Positions 8,381 to 14,705 of a stretch of DNA of 21,802 nt are shown in pieces. The DNA is from Candidatus Pacearchaeota archaeon RBG_13_36_9 (GTDB lineage: Archaea; Nanobdellota; Nanobdellia; Pacearchaeales; GW2011-AR1): NCBI GenBank assembly GCA_001786395.1, contig MFWN01000051.1, positions 22,807 through 44,608 of the forward strand. The letters are read 5' to 3'. The notes under the pieces were generated by a model. It searched no databases, was not told where the DNA came from, and was given only the letters and a program-made list of their open reading frames with translations. Position numbers and translations under genes: made by a program. Numbering within the stretch: position 1 is the stretch's first letter; each line of letters starts with the position of its first letter.

Positions 8381-8983
8381 TCAAATGTATTTGTTACCTA
8401 TTTCCCGGCTGTTTACTATCCTTGCATCAAAAGTCAAGGCAGGGCAGGAGGTATTAACCCATGAATCAACAGGATAATTCTCCAGCTCTTCCAAGTTTAT
8501 ATTATCTGCAAGAAAGATAAACGTCTTTTTTCCTTTTTTAGCCAGCCCTTTTCTTAATTTAACTGCTTCTTTAAGATTCTCTTGCCCAGACTTGGTTGAA
8601 ACAAGAATTCCTATTTTTTCAGCAGAATAGAATCGTGATAGAGCTGCTTTTCTCTTTGCTTTTATTTTTTCAACTTCTTTTTCATTGAGTTTGGCTATTT
8701 GTAGCCCTTCTAGTATATATAGCTGATTAGTTAAAGCCAGATTAAGCGCATGAAACCTGCCAGAGCCTACTAGTAGTATAGGATACTCGCTTTTAACTGG
8801 GCTGCAGCCTAGAACTTGGGAAAAGCCTTTAACCCTTTTGCCTAATTTTGCCTTAATTTTCTCTGCAAACTCTTTAAACTGTATGGAATACGCAATAAAA
8901 ACCTCTTTAGGCAAAAGAGAAAAATCTATCCCATTCACATCCAAATCAAGCTTTTTCCTGGCTTCAATAAACAAAAGTTTCAT
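8381..8983 (-). CDS. dph2: Short Dph2-like protein (diphthamide biosynthesis radical-SAM enzyme family) lacking the N-terminal domain
   Basis: 200 aa. The motifs SQVLGC, ILLVGSGRFHALNLA, IGILVSTKSGQ and VNTSCPAL align with GQVLGC, GSGIFHPLGLA, VSIKKGQ and VACPRV of Pyrococcus Dph2 as I recall it. That corresponds to domains 2-3 only. Canonical archaeal Dph2 is about 330-340 aa. Confidence 0.7.
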   Translation of the reverse strand: MKLLFIEARKKLDLDVNGIDFSLLPKEVFIAYSIQFKEFAEKIKAKLGKRVKGFSQVLGCSPVKSEYPILLVGSGRFHALNLALTNQLYILEGLQIAKLNEKEVEKIKAKRKAALSRFYSAEKIGILVSTKSGQENLKEAVKLRKGLAKKGKKTFIFLADNINLEELENYPVDSWVNTSCPALTFDARIVNSREIGNKYI

Positions 8984-9030
8984 TAAAAAGAAAGAAAAAT
9001 GGGGTTTAAAAGACTATTGGCAGAACTAAT

Positions 9031-9429
9031 TTATTCAAATCCTTTTTTCTCAAGGCTCTCTACCCGCTCAACTGCTGGCTTGTAGATTTCTGCAAATTGG
9101 GGAGTTACAATTATTGTGTTCTCTCCAAATCCTGCAATGCCCCCTTCAAGAGCATCTGCTGTTTTCTTTATTTTTGCAATTGCCCTCTTTAGCTCTATGA
9201 TATCCTTGGATTTCAAGGTTTTAATGTCAATAACTGCAATTGTATAGCCCTCTCTTAAAGATGTTAGAATATTATTTATGTCTTCAAACTTCTTAAGAAC
9301 GAACGGCCTGACAATAATTTTTGCCTTTTTAGCCTCTTGGCCCAGGTCAATTTCTATATATTCTGGCTCTTCGCCTGAAGAACCTCCTACTAGCTTGGAA
9401 AACCTGTCCCTTACTTTTTTGAACACCAT
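9031..9429 (-). CDS. sepF: SepF-like cell division protein (DUF552 family, FtsZ membrane anchor)
   Basis: 132 aa. A short N-terminal amphipathic/basic segment (MVFKKVRDRFSKLVG) and a linker precede a core typical of archaeal SepF: IIVRPFVLKKFEDINNILTSLREGYTIAVIDIKTL...ELKRAIAKIKKTADALEGGIAGFGENTIIVTP. Confidence 0.75.
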   Translation of the reverse strand: MVFKKVRDRFSKLVGGSSGEEPEYIEIDLGQEAKKAKIIVRPFVLKKFEDINNILTSLREGYTIAVIDIKTLKSKDIIELKRAIAKIKKTADALEGGIAGFGENTIIVTPQFAEIYKPAVERVESLEKKGFE

Positions 9430-9450
9430 TTCAAAAAGACAAAGAAGAAG

Positions 9451-9458
9451 TTTATAAA
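9451..9458 (-). promoter_or_regulatory. TATA-box candidate for sepF
   Basis: tttataaa lies 22-29 nt upstream of ATG 9429, consistent with a leaderless transcript. Confidence 0.4.
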
Positions 9459-9567
9459 CATTTCTATAGTCTAAGTTATATCATCTAATCAATAGAAATT
9501 TAACTACCCTGACGATATAATCTCTCTTCATGCCTGTGCAAAATTGCCACCTGGCGCATTTGACATT

Positions 9568-9750
9568 TTAATTCAATTCTCTTTCGCAATCACCTTCTAT
9601 AAGGTTTGCTGTATCTGCTCCTGCCCCGTTTTCTAACGCACTTTCTGCATCCCTTGCTCCTGCTGTTTTGGTTGCGTAAGCTGTTACTGCAGCTGCTCCT
9701 GCTACTATCTTTATAAAATCTCTTCGTGTCAAAGAATACTCCTCGCTCAT
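9568..9750 (-). CDS. Small (60 aa) protein with twin-arginine (Tat) signal peptide, unknown function
   Basis: MSEEYSL-TRRDFIK-IVAGAAAVTAYA closely matches the S/T-R-R-x-F-L-K consensus, with an h-region and an AxA-like cleavage site. The predicted mature part is only 34 aa, acidic, with one Cys. It has its own TATA candidate upstream. Confidence 0.5.
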   Translation of the reverse strand: MSEEYSLTRRDFIKIVAGAAAVTAYATKTAGARDAESALENGAGADTANLIEGDCERELN

Positions 9751-9779
9751 TTTTGTCTCGTTAATAATAGGCGATAGTC

Positions 9780-9787
9780 TATATAAA
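9780..9787 (-). promoter_or_regulatory. TATA-box candidate for the Tat-signal mini-gene
   Basis: The coding-strand sequence aaaatTTATATAg lies about 30 nt upstream of ATG 9750. Confidence 0.4.
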
Positions 9788-10017
9788 TTTTGTTACAATA
9801 GAATATAAATGAAATTTCCTTTTTAAATGCTTCACGAGTGATTGATAAAAACTGTTCGTTAATACTTGTGATTAAGAATGCTCACAGTTCTCTGCTTTTA
9901 CTTACTTGAAAATATACTACCTGGAGATTATAGTTACAGTTGTTTCCAAATAGAGAGGTATGGGATTTGCGAGCCCCGAGCAAATTTAAAGCCTTTATAA
10001 ATGATTTTCAGAAACAC

Positions 10018-10350
10018 TTATTTTATCTTCTTCAGAACTTCTTCCCTTAATTTCTCTGTTGCTTCCCTTATCTGAGATTCCTGCTTTTCAATTGATTTTG
10101 TCCTCAGGCTTAAAATATCTTTTTTTTGGGAAAGCTCTTGTTCTATCTCTTCCTTAGATGCTTTCAGCATTATTGAGCCAACAAGCTTGAAAATATCTTC
10201 TTTGGTCTTTTTAACTTCTGCCAGCGCGTTTTCTGTTTCATTAAGCTCAAACTGAAAAGCCTGCTTCTGCATAAGAAGATTTTGAAGATTTTGCTCGAGA
10301 ATCTGCAGATGCTGTATTTTCTCCTGTAATTCCTTGCTTATTTTTTCCAT
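10018..10350 (-). CDS. pfdB: Prefoldin beta subunit
   Basis: 110 aa with two coiled-coil arms around a central beta hairpin region (FKLVGSIMLK). The sequence QILEQNLQNLLMQKQAFQFELNETENALAEV is typical of prefoldin beta. It lies immediately downstream of rpoP, as in many archaea. Confidence 0.85.
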   Translation of the reverse strand: MEKISKELQEKIQHLQILEQNLQNLLMQKQAFQFELNETENALAEVKKTKEDIFKLVGSIMLKASKEEIEQELSQKKDILSLRTKSIEKQESQIREATEKLREEVLKKIK

Positions 10351-10376
10351 TTTAAAATGTTTGATCTTTCTCCGAC

Positions 10377-10514
10377 TTAAACCGCCTTAATCTTGACTAT
10401 ATGCTTTCTTGGCTTAAAGAACATCTTGGAACCGCAAGTAGGGCATACAAACCTCTTTTCAAGAGCTTTGTGGGATATTTGCTTGCCGCACTTAAAACAT
10501 TTGTATATTGCCAT
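10377..10514 (-). CDS. rpoP: DNA-directed RNA polymerase subunit P (Rpo12/RPABC4), zinc ribbon
   Basis: Not in the ORF track (45 aa). Hand translation gives MAIYKCFKCGKQISHKALEKRFVCPTCGSKMFFKPRKHIVKIKAV*. It has CxxC...CxxC followed by the FKPR...V.A ending characteristic of archaeal RpoP. It sits 26 nt upstream of pfdB. Confidence 0.8.
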   Translation of the reverse strand: MAIYKCFKCGKQISHKALEKRFVCPTCGSKMFFKPRKHIVKIKAV

Positions 10515-10640
10515 TTATTATAGAGTGTTTTGTGGGTTTTTAAGTTTTTTGGATTGTTTTTTTAAGGTATCTATCCTTTTATCTTTGTTAGTGTTCTTTA
10601 ATATATAACTTACAAACATATATTATAAACCCTATGAAAA

Positions 10641-10650
10641 TTTAAATATA
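10641..10650 (+). promoter_or_regulatory. TATA-box candidate for the 10670 gene
   Basis: tttaaatata ends 20 nt upstream of ATG 10670, with leaderless-type spacing. Confidence 0.4.
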
Positions 10651-10669
10651 GTTTCTATCTGGCTTTGCA

Positions 10670-11401
10670 ATGGATTATGAATCAATAAGAAATTTTGTAA
10701 CGTCTGCTCCTGTAATTGGTGCTGCTATTATTGCAGGGAGTTCTGCATTAAGCATTTCTATTTATGAACATTATTTTTCTGAAACACGACTAGAAAGAGC
10801 AAAATTAAGAAAAGAAGTACGTTTGGCAAAAGAGACTACACTGCAATTAGAGGCGACTGCGCGGCAGCAGGAAATAGCTTTAGAAAAGGAAAGATTAACT
10901 ACTGAGACTTCTCTTAAAAGAATGGAACATGAAGAGGATGAAAAAAAGCATGCAAGAAAAAAAGAACTAATGGAATTAGAAGGTGCAAACAAACAAAGGT
11001 TATTGGAAACAAAATTAGAGTATCAAGAAAGAATTGCAGCAAAAATAGTAGAGATGAAAGATGTTTTCTCGCGATATGCACACACTTATGCTATTGCTGC
11101 TGCAACTGTTGACCAAATAAAAATAACCGAAAGAATGAAACTAAGAACTGAATTATATCAAAGAGTGGATGAAGAGATGGAAGAAAGAGAGAGGGGTTTT
11201 AATCCTGCTGAAAAGATTGTTGATGGAGAAACAGTTTATCCGCCTGATGTTGTTACCCAAGTTGAAAGTATAATTAGGGCAAGGGTGCCAATAGTAGAGG
11301 GAGAATTTCCTCTGGTGCTTGAAGCGCTTATTAATATGATGACTCCAAGTAAGCTTGTAAGAGACATACAAGAAGAAACTGAGTCTGTAACAGTTTCTTA
11401 A
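10670..11401 (+). CDS. Hypothetical membrane-anchored coiled-coil protein
   Basis: N-terminal TM helix (APVIGAAIIAGSSALSISIY), then about 150 aa of highly charged heptad-like sequence (RLERAKLRKEVRLAKETTLQLEATARQQEIALEKERL...). No family recognised. Confidence 0.55.
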   Translation: MDYESIRNFVTSAPVIGAAIIAGSSALSISIYEHYFSETRLERAKLRKEVRLAKETTLQLEATARQQEIALEKERLTTETSLKRMEHEEDEKKHARKKELMELEGANKQRLLETKLEYQERIAAKIVEMKDVFSRYAHTYAIAAATVDQIKITERMKLRTELYQRVDEEMEERERGFNPAEKIVDGETVYPPDVVTQVESIIRARVPIVEGEFPLVLEALINMMTPSKLVRDIQEETESVTVS

Positions 11402-11439
11402 GGAGAAACAGTTTAATAATCAGATTCGATAATTTAAAT

Positions 11440-11643
11440 TTATTCAACCAGATAAGTTCCTGATGCGAACTTCTTGCCGCATCGTTTGCATAACCATATC
11501 CCATTCGCTAATTTTTTAGCAACTTTCTTGCAAAAAGGACATTTCTGTTTCTGCCTCTGTTTGGCTTCTGCTTTTCCATATTTCTCCCTGACAGATTTAC
11601 CGTATTTTGCTCCAAATCCTCTCGCAGTTATTTTTCTTGCCAT
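11440..11643 (-). CDS. rpl37ae: Ribosomal protein L37Ae (eL43)
   Basis: 67 aa. GAKYGKSVREKY...CPFCKK...GIWLCKRCGKKFASGTY is the eL43 zinc-ribbon signature. Confidence 0.9.
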   Translation of the reverse strand: MARKITARGFGAKYGKSVREKYGKAEAKQRQKQKCPFCKKVAKKLANGIWLCKRCGKKFASGTYLVE

Positions 11644-11691
11644 GTGAAATTAAATATTGGAATGGGTTTTTAAAGCTATGCTCTAAAAAAA

Positions 11692-11766
11692 TGGGGATGC
11701 CAGGATTTGAACCTGGGTCGCAAACTCCCAAGGCTTGAAGCCTAAACCAGACTAGCCGACATCCCC
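11692..11766 (-). tRNA. tRNA-Pro: tRNA-Pro (anticodon UGG), 75 nt, no encoded CCA
   Basis: The reverse complement folds as a cloverleaf:
- acceptor stem GGGGATG/CATCCCC with discriminator A
- D stem GGCT/GGCT with two G-U pairs and a GG-containing loop
- anticodon stem CAAGC/GTTTG
- anticodon loop C-T-TGG-G-A (U33, G37)
- 4-nt variable loop
- T arm CCAGG-TTCAAAT-CCTGG

A T7 run follows the 3' end. Confidence 0.85.
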
Positions 11767-11844
11767 ATTGTTCGCTGATTTAAATGGTTTAATTGTATTA
11801 ATAAATCTTACGACTTTGCAATTTTCCAGAGAAGAGCAAATATC

Positions 11845-12231
11845 TCAGCCAATAAAAATAGCTTCTTTAAAATTCTTAAAATGCTTGTCTCCTGTAAGAA
11901 TCTTTGCTTTTAGTTCCCTAGCTGTTATTAAAATAAAAGCATCTATTAACCCGAAGTCTTTTATTTCTTTCTTTATTTCTGCGTGCAACAAACCAGCATT
12001 TTTTGATAACTCATTATCAATATGATAAATTTTAGACAAAGAAACTATGGAGTTATAAGCAGAATCTGAATCTTTGTTTTCTCTTTTGGTCATGCTCATT
12101 ATTTCCGCGATGCTTAATATACAAGTGAATACTTCATTCTCTTTGTTTTCCACTATCTCTTTAACCTTTTCTCCATAGTCGCTCCCAATTAAGTACTCTA
12201 TCCAAGCCCAAGAATCAATTACATATTTCAT
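11845..12231 (-). CDS. vapC: PIN-domain toxin, VapC family
   Basis: 128 aa. It has the acidic PIN residues (YVIDSWAWIEY; SIAEI; LIDAFILITA; TGDKHF). Its start overlaps the antitoxin stop by 1 nt (TAATG). Confidence 0.85.
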   Translation of the reverse strand: MKYVIDSWAWIEYLIGSDYGEKVKEIVENKENEVFTCILSIAEIMSMTKRENKDSDSAYNSIVSLSKIYHIDNELSKNAGLLHAEIKKEIKDFGLIDAFILITARELKAKILTGDKHFKNFKEAIFIG

Positions 12232-12428
12232 TACAATTCTGTGTCTAATTTATCCTCTTTTCTAAAAGACCGCATTCCTTTTAAAATTCCAAAACCGCTT
12301 TTTCTAATCTTTTCTACTTCTATTGAAACAAGCTCTCCTTCTTTTATCCTCTCTTCTTTAACAATTTCAATGGGGATAGTTACGATTAAGCTCCCGCCTA
12401 TTGCTCTTGTTCTAGTTAACGTTTTCAT
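12231..12428 (-). CDS. vapB: AbrB/SpoVT-type antitoxin, VapB family
   Basis: 65 aa. RAIGGSLIVTIPIEIVKEERIKEGELVSIEV is the swapped-hairpin AbrB/MazE-like fold signature. It lies upstream of and is translationally coupled to the PIN gene. Confidence 0.8.
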   Translation of the reverse strand: MKTLTRTRAIGGSLIVTIPIEIVKEERIKEGELVSIEVEKIRKSGFGILKGMRSFRKEDKLDTEL

Positions 12429-12498
12429 TTTTCATAAATTTATTATACATTTAGTATAATAAAATATAACAGTAGGTTATATTTAAACCTTTCTATTT

Positions 12499-13233
12499 CT
12501 ATTTTTTAGCAATTTTCCAAAGAAGATTAAAATAACTTCTGTAAGATTCTGCAGCTTTTTCGCTGATTATTAAAATTGCTATTGGCTCTTTGTCCCATAT
12601 AACATTCAGTACATTATTTCCATAAACTGCGATTGTAGAGGGCATTATATTGCTTGCAGGCAGATACTTAGCTGTAAATGGCCTCATATAACTGCCCTTT
12701 TTGTCAATTGGAAGAAGTATTCTTGCCTTTACCTTGTTTTGCCTGAGTTCTAGGTGCCATTGCTCATAATATTCCTTAAGAGTTTCTTTTGCGCCCCAGC
12801 CTGTTCCAAAAACCAAAAGCTCTGTTTTTGTTTTTGTTGATTCATCAAGAATGGTTTTTACCCCCCTAATACCCTTAAATATTGCAGCCTCTTGCTTCAT
12901 CTCCGGAGATTCCCTTGCCTTGTTTATTTCTGGGATAATTTGATTGGCTATTTTTTCTTTTTCCAGTATTTCCTGCTTTTGCTTTTCTATATAATCTTTT
13001 AATTCAGAAGAAGAAGTTGCTTCAAAATGCTTGATATTTCTTATTAAGACAAAGCTGACAAGCCCTTTTTCTATCAGCTTATTAAGATTGTCATAAACTA
13101 TGTTCCTGTGAAGCTTTGTTTTCTTAATTATCTCTCCTGCATTTGTTGAGCCGAGCTCAAGCAAAGCTAGGTAGACGCTTGCTTCATTTTCAGTTAAGCC
13201 CAGTTTTCTTAGTTCTTCCTTCATTGTCATCAT
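12499..13233 (-). CDS. TrmB-family transcriptional regulator
   Basis: The N-terminus LGLTENEASVYLALLELGSTNAGEIIKKTKLHRNIVYDNLNKLIEKGLV is the TrmB wHTH. It is followed by a coiled-coil linker and a C-terminal effector-type domain. 244 aa. Confidence 0.85.
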   Translation of the reverse strand: MMTMKEELRKLGLTENEASVYLALLELGSTNAGEIIKKTKLHRNIVYDNLNKLIEKGLVSFVLIRNIKHFEATSSSELKDYIEKQKQEILEKEKIANQIIPEINKARESPEMKQEAAIFKGIRGVKTILDESTKTKTELLVFGTGWGAKETLKEYYEQWHLELRQNKVKARILLPIDKKGSYMRPFTAKYLPASNIMPSTIAVYGNNVLNVIWDKEPIAILIISEKAAESYRSYFNLLWKIAKK

Positions 13234-13288
13234 AAATATGACAACAGAAGTTTAAAAATTTAATGGTTGTTTCTTGAAAGTGAGGAAA

Positions 13289-13876
13289 ATGACAGACAAA
13301 AATAATGATGTTAGGGCATTGCTTTGGATATTTGCAACTCTGTTTGGGTGTTCTATTCATATTCAGCAGATAAATAAGCTAAAAGGACCCCAGAAAAAAG
13401 TTTTTAGCAGATTTGGAATTTATCGGGATGTTATATTTCCTGATGAGCGGGGGCAAATTTACGCTTACAGAGCAGGGCTTTATTTTGGAACAAAGGAAAA
13501 TTTTATGCAAAATTTAAATCAAGAGGTTATCGATTCTGGACAGGTATTTAAGTCTGAAGGATATTTTGGGCACAGAGTTATAACCCTGCCGCAGGGATTA
13601 GTTTATTTTTATTTTCCAAGAGAACATGAAAGTAGAATCAACAAAGCTCTTTCCTCAGTTAATAATCCTTCATTAAAAAGAGAAGATTTAGTTTCATTAT
13701 GCCGGGAATGGTATACCGGATGGGATGAAGGTAGAATTAAAAGAAATAAAGATAGATTAAGAAAGTATCTACAAAAGCAAAAAGGTACAATTATTGATAC
13801 AGACAACGAATGTGAAGTTGAAAATTTGAGAAACACCTGGGAGTACTGGAAAAACGCAACTCATCACGATGGATAA
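13289..13876 (+). CDS. Hypothetical protein
   Basis: The ORF track starts at TTG 13274. ATG 13289 is preceded by GAGG. The ORF is long and non-repetitive, and is divergent from the TrmB-family gene. No family recognised. Confidence 0.5.
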   Translation: MTDKNNDVRALLWIFATLFGCSIHIQQINKLKGPQKKVFSRFGIYRDVIFPDERGQIYAYRAGLYFGTKENFMQNLNQEVIDSGQVFKSEGYFGHRVITLPQGLVYFYFPREHESRINKALSSVNNPSLKREDLVSLCREWYTGWDEGRIKRNKDRLRKYLQKQKGTIIDTDNECEVENLRNTWEYWKNATHHDG

Positions 13877-13900
13877 AAATACCTAGAAAACTTTAATCCC

Positions 13901-14680
13901 TTATTTCTTTTTTGCAGGCTCTTTCTTGGCGCCTGCAGCTGCTTTTCCTGCTGCTGGAGCTGCTTCTTTTTTGCCTGCGGCTGCTTTTCCTGCTGCTGGA
14001 GCTGCTTCTTTTTTGCCTGCGGCGCCTTTTGCAGGAACTTCTTCTTTCTTCGCTCCTGCTGCTGGAGCTGCAGCAGCAGCTTCTGTTTTCTTGGCCTCTT
14101 CTGCCAGTTTCTCTTCCTCTGCTTTCTTGACTTCGGCTGCTTCCTTGGTCTTCACTTCAGTGAAGAAAGCATCCAGCTGCTTTTTCTTCTCTGGACTTGT
14201 ATCTGTTTTTTGCTCGCTGATTTCTTTATCATATTTTCCAGCCTCAATATCTTTCATTATATCTTTTGGCTCTTTGTTCTCTATAAAAATTTCTGCTGAA
14301 ACACAGCTTCCTACTACAGATTTTACTGCTGCCTTGAAATTTGTAGCCAGAAGATTGGAAGATTTTATTTTTGCCACAGAGATTACCTGCTCTATAGAAG
14401 CATTGGCTGCTTTTACTTTTTTATGGTCGCCAGATGCTTTTTCTATACCGAGCTCTTTTTTTAATAGCTCCGTGGTTGGAGGAGAAAGAACTTTTATAGT
14501 AAAAGTCTTGTTTTTAGCTATATCCAGCTCAACAGGAACTTTAACTCCCTTGAAAACCTTGGTTGCCTGATTAACATCCTGCACTACTTTACCGATGTTT
14601 ATTCCTAAGGGGCCTAACTTCTGACCTATTACCGGGCCGGGCTTCATATCCCCCCCATCAACAAGCAATTTAATTATCAT
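13901..14680 (-). CDS. rpl11: Ribosomal protein L11 (uL11) with a roughly 100-aa Ala/Lys/Glu/Pro-rich C-terminal extension
   Basis: Residues 1-155 are a normal archaeal uL11 (VDGGDMKPGPVIGQKLGPLGINIGKVV...SPPTTELLKKELGIEKASG...KDIEAGKYD). Residues of about 156-259 are low complexity (…KKAEEEKLAEEAKKTEAAAAAPAAGAKKEEVPAKGAAGKKEAAPAAGKAAAGKKEAAPAAGKAAAGAKKEPAKKK). Confidence 0.9.
   Translation of the reverse strand: MIIKLLVDGGDMKPGPVIGQKLGPLGINIGKVVQDVNQATKVFKGVKVPVELDIAKNKTFTIKVLSPPTTELLKKELGIEKASGDHKKVKAANASIEQVISVAKIKSSNLLATNFKAAVKSVVGSCVSAEIFIENKEPKDIMKDIEAGKYDKEISEQKTDTSPEKKKQLDAFFTEVKTKEAAEVKKAEEEKLAEEAKKTEAAAAAPAAGAKKEEVPAKGAAGKKEAAPAAGKAAAGKKEAAPAAGKAAAGAKKEPAKKK
13939..14022. repeat. 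Perfect 42-bp tandem duplication (2 copies) inside the rpl11 tail
   Basis: The unit ctgcttttcctgctgctggagctgcttcttttttgcctgcgg occurs at 13939-13980 and again at 13981-14022. It is in frame (14 aa). Confidence 0.95.
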
Positions 14681-14705
14681 TTTGTTTTTCTAAAAAAGTT
14701 GTTAT

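Noticed and set aside
9751-10017. Possible small ncRNA (e.g. C/D-box sRNA) in the 267-bp gap between the Tat mini-gene and pfdB
   Set aside because: Only imperfect box-like strings (gtgattga, ctga) are present, without correct spacing or terminal stems. There is no covariation evidence.
10393-10608. 71-aa plus-strand ORF in the pfdB-upstream gap
   Set aside because: It overlaps the clearly recognisable rpoP zinc-ribbon gene on the minus strand. Its TTG-type start and hydrophobic nonsense sequence give it no support.
11692-11766. Alternative fold of the tRNA with a UCA anticodon (opal suppressor / Sec-like), from the hairpin AGGCT-TCA-AGCCT
   Set aside because: That fold leaves no proper D arm, and the anticodon stem would have a mismatch. 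The standard cloverleaf places CAAGC/GTTTG as the anticodon stem with loop CTTGGGA, giving Pro(UGG) with the expected G37. At 75 nt the length is also far too short for tRNA-Sec.
11768-12459. Plus-strand ORFs 11768..12025 and 12241..12459
   Set aside because: They are antisense to the well-supported vapC and vapB genes, and their hydrophobic low-complexity sequence is typical of shadows.
11692-13876. tRNA-targeted integrated mobile element next to tRNA-Pro
   Set aside because: No integrase/recombinase gene is present, and I could not see a duplicated tRNA fragment. The accessory genes lie on the 5' side of the tRNA rather than the usual 3' side. It is kept only as a variable-islet observation.
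13901-14215. The rpl11 tail as a fused remnant of stalk protein aP1 (L12)
   Set aside because: Only the AAAAAPAA hinge-like stretch is similar. The tail is Lys-rich rather than Glu-rich and lacks the conserved stalk C-terminal peptide (GLGALF-type). A fusion is therefore not supported by sequence alone and is left as something to test.
13912-14570. Plus-strand ORFs of 72 and 214 aa antisense to rpl11
   Set aside because: They are produced by reading the Ala/Lys/Glu repeat tail on the opposite strand (L/F/S/A low complexity). rpl11 on the minus strand is unambiguous.
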